Notes under the pieces: model-generated
Seen by the model: only the letters and a program-made list of their open reading frames with translations
Databases searched by the model: none
What the model was told of the DNA's origin: nothing
Made by a program: the position numbers and the translations under genes
Part shown: one piece after another, positions 1 to 9,190 of the stretch
Layout: each line of letters begins with the position of its first letter
Numbering within the stretch: the first letter of the stretch is position 1
Assembly (NCBI GenBank): GCA_049510745.1
Contig: JBEKYR010000040.1
Location: 1 to 51,509, forward strand
Source of the DNA: Verrucomicrobiota bacterium
GTDB taxonomy: Bacteria > Verrucomicrobiota > Verrucomicrobiia > Limisphaerales > Palsa-1400
Reading direction: 5' to 3'
DNA length: 51,509 nt

Positions 1-5
1 GCTAC

Positions 6-34
6 AGAATAAAGCGGGACCATAGGTATGTCAA
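6..34 (-). promoter_or_regulatory. sigma70-type promoter firing leftwards out of the window
   Basis: Minus strand TTGACA-17 nt-TATTCT, with an AT-rich upstream tract at about 35-62. Confidence 0.7.
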
Positions 35-131
35 GAGATTTAATCAATTATTACTTGCTACATTTTCTGGCCGTTGCTTTGATTTGCAAGCACTTACGCA
101 AAATCAAAAGGAACTTAGGCTAGCGGCCGGT

Positions 132-812
132 TCAATCCGGCACGGTCAACGATTCCCCATTCTGCTTCGGGCCGAGGGAGAGGAGGAAGGGGACGGCGCG
201 GGCGGCCCATTTTTCGGGCGTGTCGTAGGAGGCGGCCGAGCCGCCAAAACAACTGCGCAGCATGGCGGTGTCGATGATGCCGGGGTTCAGCGGGATGGCC
301 GCCAGCCCGGCCGGGAGTTCCAGCGCCAACGCGCGGGTCAGTCCTTCCACGGCAAATTTCGTCGCGCAATACGGGGCCACTTCCGCATCAACCGACCGGC
401 CCCAGCCGGAACTGAAATTGACGACGACCCCCCGCCGCCGCTCCACCATCGCCGGCAGAAAGGAGCGAATCGTGTTGAAAACGCCTTTGATGTTGACATC
501 GATCACGGCGGAAAACTCCGCGGGGCCGACGCGCCACAGCGGAGCGTTGCGGTTGATCAACGCGGCGTTGTTGATGAGCAAATCGGGCGCGCCGCGGGAT
601 TTCAACAACCGTTGCGCCCACGACTCCACTTCCGGGGCGGCGGCGACATCGACCGCCTGGAAATCGTGGGGAGGGCCGAAGGCGCGCCGCAGTTTTTCAA
701 TCTCACCCGCCGAACGCGCGCAGCCCAGAACGGTGTGGCCCGCCGCGATGAACTGTTCGGCCATCGCGCGCCCCAGGCCGCGGGAGACACCGGTGAGGAC
801 GATGGTTTTCAT
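132..812 (-). CDS. Short-chain dehydrogenase/reductase (SDR)
   Basis: TGVSRGLG Rossmann motif, NNAA, catalytic YCATK; 4-nt overlap with the upstream DnaJ stop. Confidence 0.93.
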   Translation of the reverse strand: MKTIVLTGVSRGLGRAMAEQFIAAGHTVLGCARSAGEIEKLRRAFGPPHDFQAVDVAAAPEVESWAQRLLKSRGAPDLLINNAALINRNAPLWRVGPAEFSAVIDVNIKGVFNTIRSFLPAMVERRRGVVVNFSSGWGRSVDAEVAPYCATKFAVEGLTRALALELPAGLAAIPLNPGIIDTAMLRSCFGGSAASYDTPEKWAARAVPFLLSLGPKQNGESLTVPD

Positions 813-1825
813 GCGCGCGGGTCAAAATGCGACTCGCGGGCCAACTGCTCCCACAAATCCTTTTCGCGGTCGGTGATTTTCGGCGGCATTTGGATGCGCG
901 GCACGACGTAGAGGTCGCCCTTTTCGTTGTCGCGTCCGGGCAGGCCGCGCGCGCGCACTCGGAGGCGTTGTCCGGTTTGGGTGCCGGGGGGGATTTTGAT
1001 GCTGACCGGCCCGGTGAGAGTGGGGACGGAAACCTTGGCGCCCAGCGCGGCCTCCCACGGGGCCAGGTCAAGGTCGTAATAGAGATCGCCGCCCGCGACG
1101 CGGAAATCCGGATGGCTGGCCAGACGCACGCGCAAGTAAAGGTCGCCGGGCGGGCCGCCGCCGGGGCCTGGTTCGCCTCGTCCGCTGACGCGCAGGCGCT
1201 GGCCGTCACGCACGCCCGGGGGAATTTTAACCTTGTAATCCTGCGTGAGAGAAACCTGCCGGCTGCCGCCGCAAGCGGGGCAAGGGCGGCGGCCTTTGAT
1301 GCCCGTGCCGTGGCATTCGGGGCAGAGGGAGTTGCGGCGGACGGAGACGGGGCGGACGGCGCCGCGCATGGCTTCCTCCAGAGTCACCATGAGAACGCCT
1401 TCGACATCCTGGCCCTTCTCGGTTTCCATCCCGGCGGCATCGCCCTGGCGGGCAAAGCCGCCGCCAAAGAACTGTTCAAAGAAATCGCTGAAGCCCGTGC
1501 CGCCGAATTGGAAATTCTCGCTGTCGGTTCCGCCGCGCCAAGTGTAAGCGTGGGGGCCGCCCGCCTCTCCCGGCTGAGGCCCTCTGAAACCGCCGTGTTT
1601 CCAATCGGCGCCCAATTCGTCGTATTTTTTGCGGTTCTCGGCGTCGCCCAGCACCTCGTAGGCCTCGTTGATCTCCTTGAATTTTTCCTCCGCGCGCTTT
1701 TTGTCCTTGGCGACGTCGGGATGGAATTGGCGGGCCAGCTTGCGAAAGGCCTTGCGGATGTCATCGTGGCTGGCGGAGCGCTCGACGCCCAGGCTCTTGT
1801 AATAGTCTTTGAATTCAACCGGCAT
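809..1825 (-). CDS. DnaJ/CbpA-family co-chaperone
   Basis: J-domain with HPD, G/F-rich linker, two CxxCxG motifs, DnaJ C-terminal domain (GDLYL/GDLYV). Confidence 0.93.
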   Translation of the reverse strand: MPVEFKDYYKSLGVERSASHDDIRKAFRKLARQFHPDVAKDKKRAEEKFKEINEAYEVLGDAENRKKYDELGADWKHGGFRGPQPGEAGGPHAYTWRGGTDSENFQFGGTGFSDFFEQFFGGGFARQGDAAGMETEKGQDVEGVLMVTLEEAMRGAVRPVSVRRNSLCPECHGTGIKGRRPCPACGGSRQVSLTQDYKVKIPPGVRDGQRLRVSGRGEPGPGGGPPGDLYLRVRLASHPDFRVAGGDLYYDLDLAPWEAALGAKVSVPTLTGPVSIKIPPGTQTGQRLRVRARGLPGRDNEKGDLYVVPRIQMPPKITDREKDLWEQLARESHFDPRA

Positions 1826-1849
1826 AGCGTGTCAATAAAACGTTCCGGC

Positions 1850-3361
1850 TCACGGCCCGGATTCTTCCAGGGCGGCCGGGGACAGCGGCCGGCGGGGAGC
1901 GCGGGCCTTGTCCTCGACTTCCGTGATATACTTTTCGGTGGCGGCGGGCAAGTCCTTCCAAATGCTCAAGGCCAGGAGCGTGCCAATGACGGCAAAGGGC
2001 ATGAGAAACAAAGGCCACCAAAACCAGTTGTGGCCCGAGGTCAGATAACCCACCCCGAACGATTGCACGCTGCTGCCCAAATAGACAAAGCCGTCGGTGA
2101 TCCCGCTGCACGTGGCGGTGGCTTTGCGCCCGCCGAAATCGGGCGCGGCGGTGCCGGCCATCAGCGAATGCACGCCAATGACCGCCATCGAAATCAGCAC
2201 GGCGGACCAACCGACGATCCCCGGCGAGGTGCGCAGGAACACCGCCATCAGCACCGTGAGCAAAAACATCAGGGCGCAACAAATGACTGCCGGCGGCCCC
2301 CGGCGCGAGCGGAAGAATTTGTCCGAAACCATTCCGCCGGCGAAGCCGCCCAGAATGCCAAAGATACAAATGAGCAGGCCCCAGTGCTCGGTGAAGAATT
2401 GCGTTCCCGGCTGAGGCGCGTCCTTGGCAAAGTTGGGATACCAATTCATGATCCCGTTGCGCAGCACGCCGACGGTCAGGCCGATGAAGGAGACCGTCAG
2501 CATGAGACGGCTCAGAAAGACCTTTTTCAGGAGGTCCCACGCCGTCAATTCAATGTGCATCTGGCCGGAGGAAGCGTCATGGGTGTCGAAGGGCGGGAAA
2601 TCGGCTTCCTCGGGAGTGTCCTTGATGAGCCACCAGTCGATGAGCGCCCAGAAAAAGACGATGGCCGCCGGCACATAAAAGACCGCCCAGATCGCGTCCA
2701 CCGGCGAGGAGTTCAGGGCGAAGAGGCGCTGGATCAAGCGGTGAAACCAGCCCAAATCCCCTGACGGATTCGCCTTGGACAGATCGACAATGGCCTTGCC
2801 CCAATCGAAGGCAAAATAGACGCCGAGCGAGATGAGGGTGCCAAAGACCGCGCCAAAGACGCCGCGCTCGCGGACATGAAACCAATAGGCCTTGACCTTG
2901 ATGATGGAAACGGCGCCATAGCTCTGGAAATACATGTTGAGGGCATAGACAGTTGAGAAGGGGATCAACAGGTTCATCCGCAACCGGCGCGTCGCCAGCA
3001 GGTAAGTCAACACGCCCAGAATCACGTTGGCAGCCGAGGCGCCGACGGCTCCGATAATAATCCCCTTTTTTCCGCCGATTCTGTCCACCAGCGGGCCGTT
3101 GACCAGGAAGGAGCAGCCATAGACCAGCGCCCCCACGCCGAAAATAATGCCGATGTCGGCATTGGACATGAGGGGGCCGAGGGCGTTTTGGGCCACGTTC
3201 AAGTTGTAGCGGGCCATGTACATGAAGGCGTAAGTCATGCCCAGGGGAAACCAGTTGACGAAGCGGCGCACGAGGAACCGGCGGCTGTGCGCCAGCGGAT
3301 TATTGGCGAAGTAGATGGCGATGATCGTGGCTAGACAGGTGAGAACGATGCAGGCGCCCAT
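1850..3361 (-). CDS. MFS transporter, GlpT/UhpT (organophosphate:Pi antiporter)-like
   Basis: Multiple TM helices, YMARYNL, DRIGGKKG, WFHVRERG. Start placed at ATG 3361, downstream of a TTGACA-16-TAAGCT promoter. Confidence 0.85.
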   Translation of the reverse strand: MGACIVLTCLATIIAIYFANNPLAHSRRFLVRRFVNWFPLGMTYAFMYMARYNLNVAQNALGPLMSNADIGIIFGVGALVYGCSFLVNGPLVDRIGGKKGIIIGAVGASAANVILGVLTYLLATRRLRMNLLIPFSTVYALNMYFQSYGAVSIIKVKAYWFHVRERGVFGAVFGTLISLGVYFAFDWGKAIVDLSKANPSGDLGWFHRLIQRLFALNSSPVDAIWAVFYVPAAIVFFWALIDWWLIKDTPEEADFPPFDTHDASSGQMHIELTAWDLLKKVFLSRLMLTVSFIGLTVGVLRNGIMNWYPNFAKDAPQPGTQFFTEHWGLLICIFGILGGFAGGMVSDKFFRSRRGPPAVICCALMFLLTVLMAVFLRTSPGIVGWSAVLISMAVIGVHSLMAGTAAPDFGGRKATATCSGITDGFVYLGSSVQSFGVGYLTSGHNWFWWPLFLMPFAVIGTLLALSIWKDLPAATEKYITEVEDKARAPRRPLSPAALEESGP

Positions 3362-3471
3362 AATGCGTGGGCCAAGCTTATTTGCGGGCCGGGCCGTGTC
3401 AAGCCGCATCGGCCAGCCCAGGTCTTGCCTGACGAATGCACAGTGAAACGAGGACCGCGTAAAATGGGAGG

Positions 3472-3488
3472 GTCAAAAACCGTGCCAA
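3472..3488 (-). promoter_or_regulatory. Possible sigma54 (-24/-12) element
   Basis: TTGGCACGGTTTTTGAC (GG-N10-GA, -12 imperfect); palindromic words TGCAATATCGCA and CTCATTTCTGAG lie about 70-100 nt upstream. Confidence 0.4.
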
Positions 3489-3591
3489 TATGGAAATGAT
3501 CAACGCCCAGTGTTTGGTGACCGGGTTGGCATGAACAGACTCCTCGTTGCAGTGCAATATCGCAAAATCGCTCATTTCTGAGAAAACTTTC

Positions 3592-3677
3592 TCACCACGA
3601 AGGGCGCGAAGAACACGAAGTTTTGAATAGGCCCATCCGGATGGTTTTTCTTCGTGCTCTTCGGCTCTTCGTGGTGA
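3592..3677. repeat. REP-like long imperfect palindrome with roughly 9-nt periodic arms
   Basis: Left arm TCACCACGAAGGGCGCGAAGAACACGAAG (3592-3620) pairs with right arm CTTCGTGCTCTTCGGCTCTTCGTGGTGA (3650-3677). Confidence 0.8.
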
Positions 3678-3680
3678 AAA

Positions 3681-3702
3681 TTGGGTTGCGGCTGCCGCGC
3701 TG
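3681..3702 (+). repeat. Dispersed 22-bp repeat, copy 1
   Basis: TTGGGTTGCGGCTGCCGCGCTG; 21/22 match to the reverse complement of 18394-18415. Confidence 0.75.
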
Positions 3703-3864
3703 GGTCTTCGCGCCTTTGCGTTGAAATCTTCCTTCCTTATTCAGCGGATACGGTTTAGGCGCTTTGGCGGCCGCGCCGGGCCCCATGAAAATGCTTTGCA
3801 TTTTTGGGCACGGTCGCCTTCGCGAAAAGCTTTGCTTGAGCGGCAGGACGAAGGACAGTAAAGT

Positions 3865-4095
3865 GTGCTTCTGAAATACGCCGAGCGAATCACGTTTGAC
3901 CCGGAACAATGTGGCGGACGGCCCTGCATTCGCCACTACCGCATCCGGGTGAAGGATGTGCTGGACATGCTGGCGGCGGGCGTGCCGGAGTCTGAAATCC
4001 TGAAGGATTATGACTTCCTGCAACCCGAGGACATTCGCGCCTGTCTGGAATTTGCCGCCGAACAGGTCAATTATCCCGTGTTGGTGAGCGCCTGA
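3865..4095 (+). CDS. DUF433-domain antitoxin-like protein
   Basis: ITFDPEQCGGRPCIRHYRIRV...LKDYDFLQPEDIRACLEFA signature. Confidence 0.9.
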   Translation: MLLKYAERITFDPEQCGGRPCIRHYRIRVKDVLDMLAAGVPESEILKDYDFLQPEDIRACLEFAAEQVNYPVLVSA

Positions 4096-4343
4096 TGCGT
4101 TACCGGATCGAAATCAGCAGGAAGGCACGGGAGCAGTTGCGGGCATTGCCCAAGGAACAGCGGCGCAACATCGGTTGGCGGATGGAGGAAATGCGCGAGG
4201 ACTTGCAAGGTGATGTTCTTAAGCTCCAAGCCAAGGGCAATTTTTTCCGGCTCCGCGTTGGAAATTTTAGGGTGCTGTTCTTGCTGGCAGGGGACGCGAT
4301 CAAAGTGTATGCTGTTAAAGACAGGAAAGAAGCTTATGAATGA
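4095..4343 (+). CDS. RelE/ParE-family toxin
   Basis: 82 aa, basic, FRLRVGNFRVLF and C-terminal DRKEAY motif; TGATG coupling to the upstream gene. Confidence 0.88.
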   Translation: MRYRIEISRKAREQLRALPKEQRRNIGWRMEEMREDLQGDVLKLQAKGNFFRLRVGNFRVLFLLAGDAIKVYAVKDRKEAYE

Positions 4344-4512
4344 GGCCGCCGTGTTGCAAAAAGTCGAGGCACTGACCAAGACTGTGGAACGTTTGCAGGA
4401 ACGCGTCGAAGAGTTGGAGGACTTGCGGGACCTCCAAGCTGCCATCGCCGAAAACGGCAACGAGCCGCTCATCCCCTGGGAACAGGCCAAGGCAGAGTTG
4501 GACTTGGATTGA
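4336..4512 (+). CDS. Small acidic putative antitoxin
   Basis: 58 aa MNEAAVLQKV...EELEDLRDL...IPWEQAKAEL; overlaps the RelE stop. Confidence 0.75.
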   Translation: MNEAAVLQKVEALTKTVERLQERVEELEDLRDLQAAIAENGNEPLIPWEQAKAELDLD

Positions 4513-4750
4513 TATTCTTGGCGCGCCCGCTTGGGATGCCTGGCAATGTACGGCGAAGAAGCAAACGTTTGGGTATAACGCTACCCCGCCCCTCTTGCCC
4601 CCGATAAAAAGATCACGATTACGAGCAGGATTAAGATCACGGGCCAAAAAACCGCTACCCCAAACAGTGGAATACACCCGCGCCCCACCAGGCTCGGCGC
4701 TTGACGCCGGCGTCGGGGTTGGGCATAAGATATTGCTTGAGGTCGAAACC

Positions 4751-6151
4751 GTGAAGACCCTGATTGTCCCGCTCTGCGTTTGGCTGGTGGCCGGCCTTTT
4801 CTGCGCCCAGGCCGGCGCCGCCGTGGTCCCGGCCCGGAGCTTTTCGGGGCAATTCGTGGCGCGGGAATTACAGGCGCAGACCCCCGCCGCCGCCGCGCCC
4901 CAAGGCATTCGCGCGCCCATCGCCGGCGGCTGGGCCTTTTTGCTGGTGCCCAAGCCCCTGTCGTCCGGCACGAACGGGGCGGAAATCACCCTCGAACCAG
5001 CCGTGCTGGTCGTGTCCTGCGAGCGCCTCAAGGCATTATTCTTGTCTGAACTGGGGTTGAGCGGCCAGTGGCAGGGCAGGGTCGATCTGATCATCAATCC
5101 GGCCATGGCGGAAGAGAAAGGGCCGCTGCTGGCGGCGGTGCATGATCGGAGCGGATGGAATTATGAACTGGACCTGCCCAAGAAACTCCGCGCGGAAATC
5201 CTGGAACAGGCCTTGATCCACACTCTGCTTCTGGAAGTGGTCAACCGTCACGCCGGCAACCGGTCGGCCGAGATTCCGGCGTGGCTGGTCGATGGCCTGA
5301 GCGCCCACTTGCAGGCTTACAACCTGCCCACCTTCCTGCTTCAGCCGGGCGTGCAGATGGCCGCCAACAATGTCAGACTGGAAGGCTCGGACTTGGTGCG
5401 CGACCAACTGCGCCTCCATGCCCCGTTGTCCTTCCAGCAACTGAGCTGGCCCAAGGCGGACGACACGACCGGAGACGGCCTCAAATTATACCGCGCCTGC
5501 GCCCAATTGTTTCTGGAAGGATTGCTGCAATTTCCCGATGGCAAAGACTGCCTCCGGCGGATGTTGGAGCTGCTGCCCGAACATTTCAACTGGCAGACAT
5601 CTTTTCTCCTCGCCTTCCACCCGCATTTCGACCAGTTGCTGGATGTCGAAAAATGGTGGGGCCTGACCGCCGTCGGTTTCTCCAAAACAGATCCGGCCCA
5701 GCCTTGGGACGCCGCGCAATCATGGAACAAACTCCAGGCCGCCCTGGATGTGCCGGTGGCCGTGCATTTTGACGCCGGACGGATGCCCGTCGAGGCCCGG
5801 CTCACCTTGCAGGAAGTCATCGCGCAATGGCCGGCCCGCGATGCCACCCCGGCTTTGCAGCGGGCCATGGCCGACCTCCAATTGCTGCAAGCGAAGGCCA
5901 GCCCGGATTTCCGCCTGTTGGCGGCCCTTTATCTGAAAACCTTGCAGGATTACCTCAATCAGAGCCAGATGGCGCCGCGCCCGTTGGGCAAACATCCGCC
6001 CCCGGCACTCCACCCGCTGCAAGTCAATACGATCCGCCAACTGGAGCAATTGGATCAGCAGCGCGCCGCCCTGCGACGGCAGGCCTTGCCCCAAGCTTCA
6101 CAGTTGAGCGCCGCGCAAAATCCCGCGCCTCCACCGGCTGCTGGCCATTGA
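4751..6151 (+). CDS. Exported hypothetical protein
   Basis: GTG start followed by a signal peptide (KTLIVPLCVWLVAGLFCAQAGA); TTGACG promoter at 4701; IPAWLVDGL resembles the PxWxxEG motif of peptidase MA-like proteins but HExxH is not intact. Confidence 0.7.
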   Translation: MKTLIVPLCVWLVAGLFCAQAGAAVVPARSFSGQFVARELQAQTPAAAAPQGIRAPIAGGWAFLLVPKPLSSGTNGAEITLEPAVLVVSCERLKALFLSELGLSGQWQGRVDLIINPAMAEEKGPLLAAVHDRSGWNYELDLPKKLRAEILEQALIHTLLLEVVNRHAGNRSAEIPAWLVDGLSAHLQAYNLPTFLLQPGVQMAANNVRLEGSDLVRDQLRLHAPLSFQQLSWPKADDTTGDGLKLYRACAQLFLEGLLQFPDGKDCLRRMLELLPEHFNWQTSFLLAFHPHFDQLLDVEKWWGLTAVGFSKTDPAQPWDAAQSWNKLQAALDVPVAVHFDAGRMPVEARLTLQEVIAQWPARDATPALQRAMADLQLLQAKASPDFRLLAALYLKTLQDYLNQSQMAPRPLGKHPPPALHPLQVNTIRQLEQLDQQRAALRRQALPQASQLSAAQNPAPPPAAGH

Positions 6152-6159
6152 CCCATAAA

Positions 6160-6187
6160 GCATCCGGCGCCCTTGCGCCCGGATGCC
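6160..6187. terminator. GC hairpin between convergent genes
   Basis: GCATCCGG-CGC...GCG-C-CCGGATGC stem-loop. Confidence 0.45.
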
Positions 6188-6203
6188 GGCGGGTCTCGCC
6201 GCC

Positions 6204-6692
6204 CTATTGCTGGGCAGGCGGCGGCGGAACCGGGGTGGGAGACGGCATCGGAACAGGCGGCGGGGACTGTTGCGGCGGCGGGGCGGGCATCTGCGGCCGC
6301 TGCATCATGGGCTGTTGCGGACCGGCGGACTTCATGACCGCCTGCAACTCCACGAGCGCCGTGTCGCACGCGGTTATGGCCGACTCCCGATGTCCTTCGA
6401 AGTCATTGGTGGAACGCTGCAACTCAGCTTTCGCCCGCTGCAAATCAAAGACCGCGCGTTGACACATCATAAGCGGGGCCTGCCCCCGGAATCTTGGGGG
6501 CGGAACGCCAGGCCCGCCGGGGAATTGCGCGGGAGCGGGCGCCATGCCGGGCGGCGCGGGATTCGCGGGCGGCGCGGGATTTGCCGGAGCCGCGGGCGGC
6601 GCGGTATCGGTTTGCGCGCGCAAATTGTTCCACGAAAGGGCCAGCGCACCCGCGCAAGCCAGGCCGGCGAGAATTGTCATTTTTCTTTTCAT
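6204..6692 (-). CDS. Exported Pro-rich small protein
   Basis: Signal peptide MKRKMTILAGLACAGALA; helical core with DFEGHRESAI; Pro-rich flanks. Confidence 0.75.
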   Translation of the reverse strand: MKRKMTILAGLACAGALALSWNNLRAQTDTAPPAAPANPAPPANPAPPGMAPAPAQFPGGPGVPPPRFRGQAPLMMCQRAVFDLQRAKAELQRSTNDFEGHRESAITACDTALVELQAVMKSAGPQQPMMQRPQMPAPPPQQSPPPVPMPSPTPVPPPPAQQ

Positions 6693-6809
6693 ATTACTCG
6701 TTCACTTTATCAGGCAGGCCCCAGACTAATGGCGCCAAAGGAAATCGTAAAGTCCGAAATCTTTTTGGACGCCGCATTGACAATAGGATGGCCCAAACCG
6801 GGATGCGCC

Positions 6810-7289
6810 CTACGCGAAGGCTTCCAGCAGGACGCTCTGAAAAATGCCGCTGGTTTCCATGGCGGTGAACGCGGCGGGTTTTTCACGGGCCAACTCGGGG
6901 AGGCGCGCGTAGTCCAGTTCGGGGCAGCCCAGTTGCACCCAACTGCCCACCCGGATGTCGTTCAAAACTTGCAGCAGCCATTCCAATTGGGCGGCCGTCA
7001 GCGTCAGGTGCAGTTCGTCGCGGTCGTTCCTGAAGAACTGCTCTGGCGCGCGGAAAAACTCGTCCAGTTTTCGTTTGTGTTCGAACTGTCGTTGGGCCAT
7101 GGCCTCTTCCAGCAGGCGCTGCTCGGCGGCGCCGGCGGCAGTGCCGGTTTTGGTCAGTCGATGATGGGCGGCTTCCAGCACGGGAAAATGTTGCAGGGTC
7201 GCCAGCAGCGCCGCCTTCTCGTGCCGGGTGATTTGAAAGACCAGGAGCGGCGCCGCGCTCTTTTCCGTTCGTGGCCGCAGAAATCTCAT
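6810..7289 (-). CDS. DUF2017-like protein (ClpS-associated)
   Basis: WLLQVLNDIRV motif; ATGA overlap with the clpS stop. Confidence 0.65.
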   Translation of the reverse strand: MRFLRPRTEKSAAPLLVFQITRHEKAALLATLQHFPVLEAAHHRLTKTGTAAGAAEQRLLEEAMAQRQFEHKRKLDEFFRAPEQFFRNDRDELHLTLTAAQLEWLLQVLNDIRVGSWVQLGCPELDYARLPELAREKPAAFTAMETSGIFQSVLLEAFA

Positions 7290-7594
7290 TCTTCCCGCTC
7301 CAGGGTCGCGTGCAGGCCGTAGCCGTGCAGTTGATGCACGTAATGCTCCGCTTTTTCAAAGGTTTCCCGCGTCAGCAGGCTCTTGCCCGCGTTATGCACT
7401 TGCAGCATGTGTTTTTCCGCCCGGGCCTTGGGCCAGCCAAAAACAACCTGAAAAACGTGGGTGACGTAATCCATCAAATTCACCGGATCATTCCAGCAGA
7501 TCACCAGGTAGCCGCGGTCCAGCGATTCTCTGGAACGCGTCTTCTCTTCCTCGCCGATGTCCGGCCTCGTCATTGGTGCGGCTCTTTGCGCCAT
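7286..7594 (-). CDS. clpS: ATP-dependent Clp protease adaptor ClpS
   Basis: VICWNDPVNLMDYVTHVF...MLQVHNAGKS...LHATLE; this is the C-terminal part of ORF 7286..8353. Confidence 0.92.
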   Translation of the reverse strand: MAQRAAPMTRPDIGEEEKTRSRESLDRGYLVICWNDPVNLMDYVTHVFQVVFGWPKARAEKHMLQVHNAGKSLLTRETFEKAEHYVHQLHGYGLHATLEREE

Positions 7595-7671
7595 GCCGGC
7601 ATCGTAGCGGTTGCGGGCCGGCAACGCCAGCGCCGATTCTTCATTTGCCAATTCTCGATGCGCAAGATCGT

Positions 7672-9069
7672 TCACCGCCGCGCGCCCAGCGCGGCGAGCA
7701 GTTTTTCGTGGATGCCGCCGAACCCGCCGTTGCTGAAAACGCAGATCACATCCCCGCCGGCCGCCTGGTTTTTCAAATGGCCGACAATCGCGTCGGCGTC
7801 CGGCAAGTAGGCGGCGGTCTTGCCGCCGGCGCGGATCGCCTCCAGCAGCTTCTGCGGGTCCAGCCGCTCCTCCGGTTTGAGCAGTTCCAGCCGCGCAATT
7901 TGCGCCACGATCACCGCGTCCGCGTCGCGGAACGAGTCGGCCAGCTCGTTTTGGAAGACGTTGCGGCGCGTGGTGTTGGTGCGCGGCTCGAACACGGCCC
8001 AAATCCGCTGGTGCGCGTAACGCAGGCGCAAGGCGCGCAAGGTCTCGCGGATGGCGGTGGGATGGTGCCCGAAATCGTCCACCACCGTCACGCCCCCGGC
8101 GATGCCGCGCACTTCCATGCGGCGCTTGACGCCCTTGAAGGTGTCGAAGGCGGATTGGATATGCTTGTTGGACAAACCGCAGTGCTTGGCGCAGGCGATC
8201 ACGGCCAGGGCGTTGCGCACGTTCAATTCCCCCACCAGGTTGAGATGAAACTTGAAGCTGGGAATCTCGAATTCGCTCGCCGTCGGGCCGCAGCGCAAAT
8301 TGAAGCCGTGGATGCTGTTGTCCGCGCCCAGGCCGAAGCGCTTGACCGGGCAATGCGTCACGTTGAGCAGCGGCGCCAGGTTCGGGTCGTCCCCGTTGGC
8401 CAGGAGCTGGCCGTTGCGGGGGATGAGATGGATCAGGCGCTTGAAGGCGGTTTGCACCGCGCCCAGGTTCTCGAAAATGTCCGCGTGATCGAATTCCAGA
8501 TTGTTGACAATCACCACCTCGGGCAGGTAATGGACGAACTTGCTCCGCTTGTCAAAAAAAGCCGTGTCGTATTCGTCCCCCTCGATGATGAACCACGGGC
8601 CGTCCGTGAAGCGGGCGCCCTCCCCGAAATTATTCGGCACGCCGCCGATGAGAAAGCCGGGGTTCAACCCGTTGTGCTCGAAGACCCAGGCCAAAAGCGA
8701 GGTGGTGGTGGTCTTGCCGTGCGTGCCGCTGACCACCAGCGACCGTTTGCCGCGGATGAAATACTCCTTCAGCAATTCGGGCAGCGAACAATAGCGCAGC
8801 TTGTGTTCCAGGACCGATTCCGCCTCCGCGTTCCCGCGCGATATGGCGTTGCCGATCACCACCAGGTCCGGCTTGCCCGCCAGATTGGATTCCGCGTAAG
8901 CCGGCATCACCTCGATTTTTTTGGACGCCAGAAAAGTGGACATGGGCGGATACAAACTCTGGTCCGAGCCGGTCACGGCCAGGCCCCGGTCGCGCAGCGC
9001 CGCCGCCACCGCCGCCATGGCCGTGCCCCCGATGCCGACGAAGTGAATGGATTTAATTTCCGCAAACAT
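7672..9069 (-). CDS. mpl: Murein peptide ligase Mpl (MurC/Mpl family)
   Basis: GIGGTAM, GTHGKTTT, EGDEYDTAFFDKRSKF, DDFGHHPTAI, FSNGGFGGIH. Confidence 0.92.
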   Translation of the reverse strand: MFAEIKSIHFVGIGGTAMAAVAAALRDRGLAVTGSDQSLYPPMSTFLASKKIEVMPAYAESNLAGKPDLVVIGNAISRGNAEAESVLEHKLRYCSLPELLKEYFIRGKRSLVVSGTHGKTTTTSLLAWVFEHNGLNPGFLIGGVPNNFGEGARFTDGPWFIIEGDEYDTAFFDKRSKFVHYLPEVVIVNNLEFDHADIFENLGAVQTAFKRLIHLIPRNGQLLANGDDPNLAPLLNVTHCPVKRFGLGADNSIHGFNLRCGPTASEFEIPSFKFHLNLVGELNVRNALAVIACAKHCGLSNKHIQSAFDTFKGVKRRMEVRGIAGGVTVVDDFGHHPTAIRETLRALRLRYAHQRIWAVFEPRTNTTRRNVFQNELADSFRDADAVIVAQIARLELLKPEERLDPQKLLEAIRAGGKTAAYLPDADAIVGHLKNQAAGGDVICVFSNGGFGGIHEKLLAALGARR

Positions 9070-9190
9070 CGCCTCCCATCATGGCGCAATCCCGCCGCCA
9101 GAAAAGCAGGAAATGGCGCGGCTGGAAATCCGGCTTGGCGGACGAACCCCGCGCCGGGCGAAAGTTTCGAAAGAGGGTCAAACCATCAGT

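Noticed and set aside
76..110. Imperfect inverted repeat TTTGATTTGC...GCAAAATCAAA as a dif-like or recombination site
   Set aside because: It does not match the 28-bp dif layout convincingly; more simply a terminator-like hairpin after the SDR gene.
7595..8353. 355-aa extended ClpS ORF
   Set aside because: The extension overlaps mpl in another frame; the real start at 7594 is supported by the ClpS domain boundary and a -10 box.
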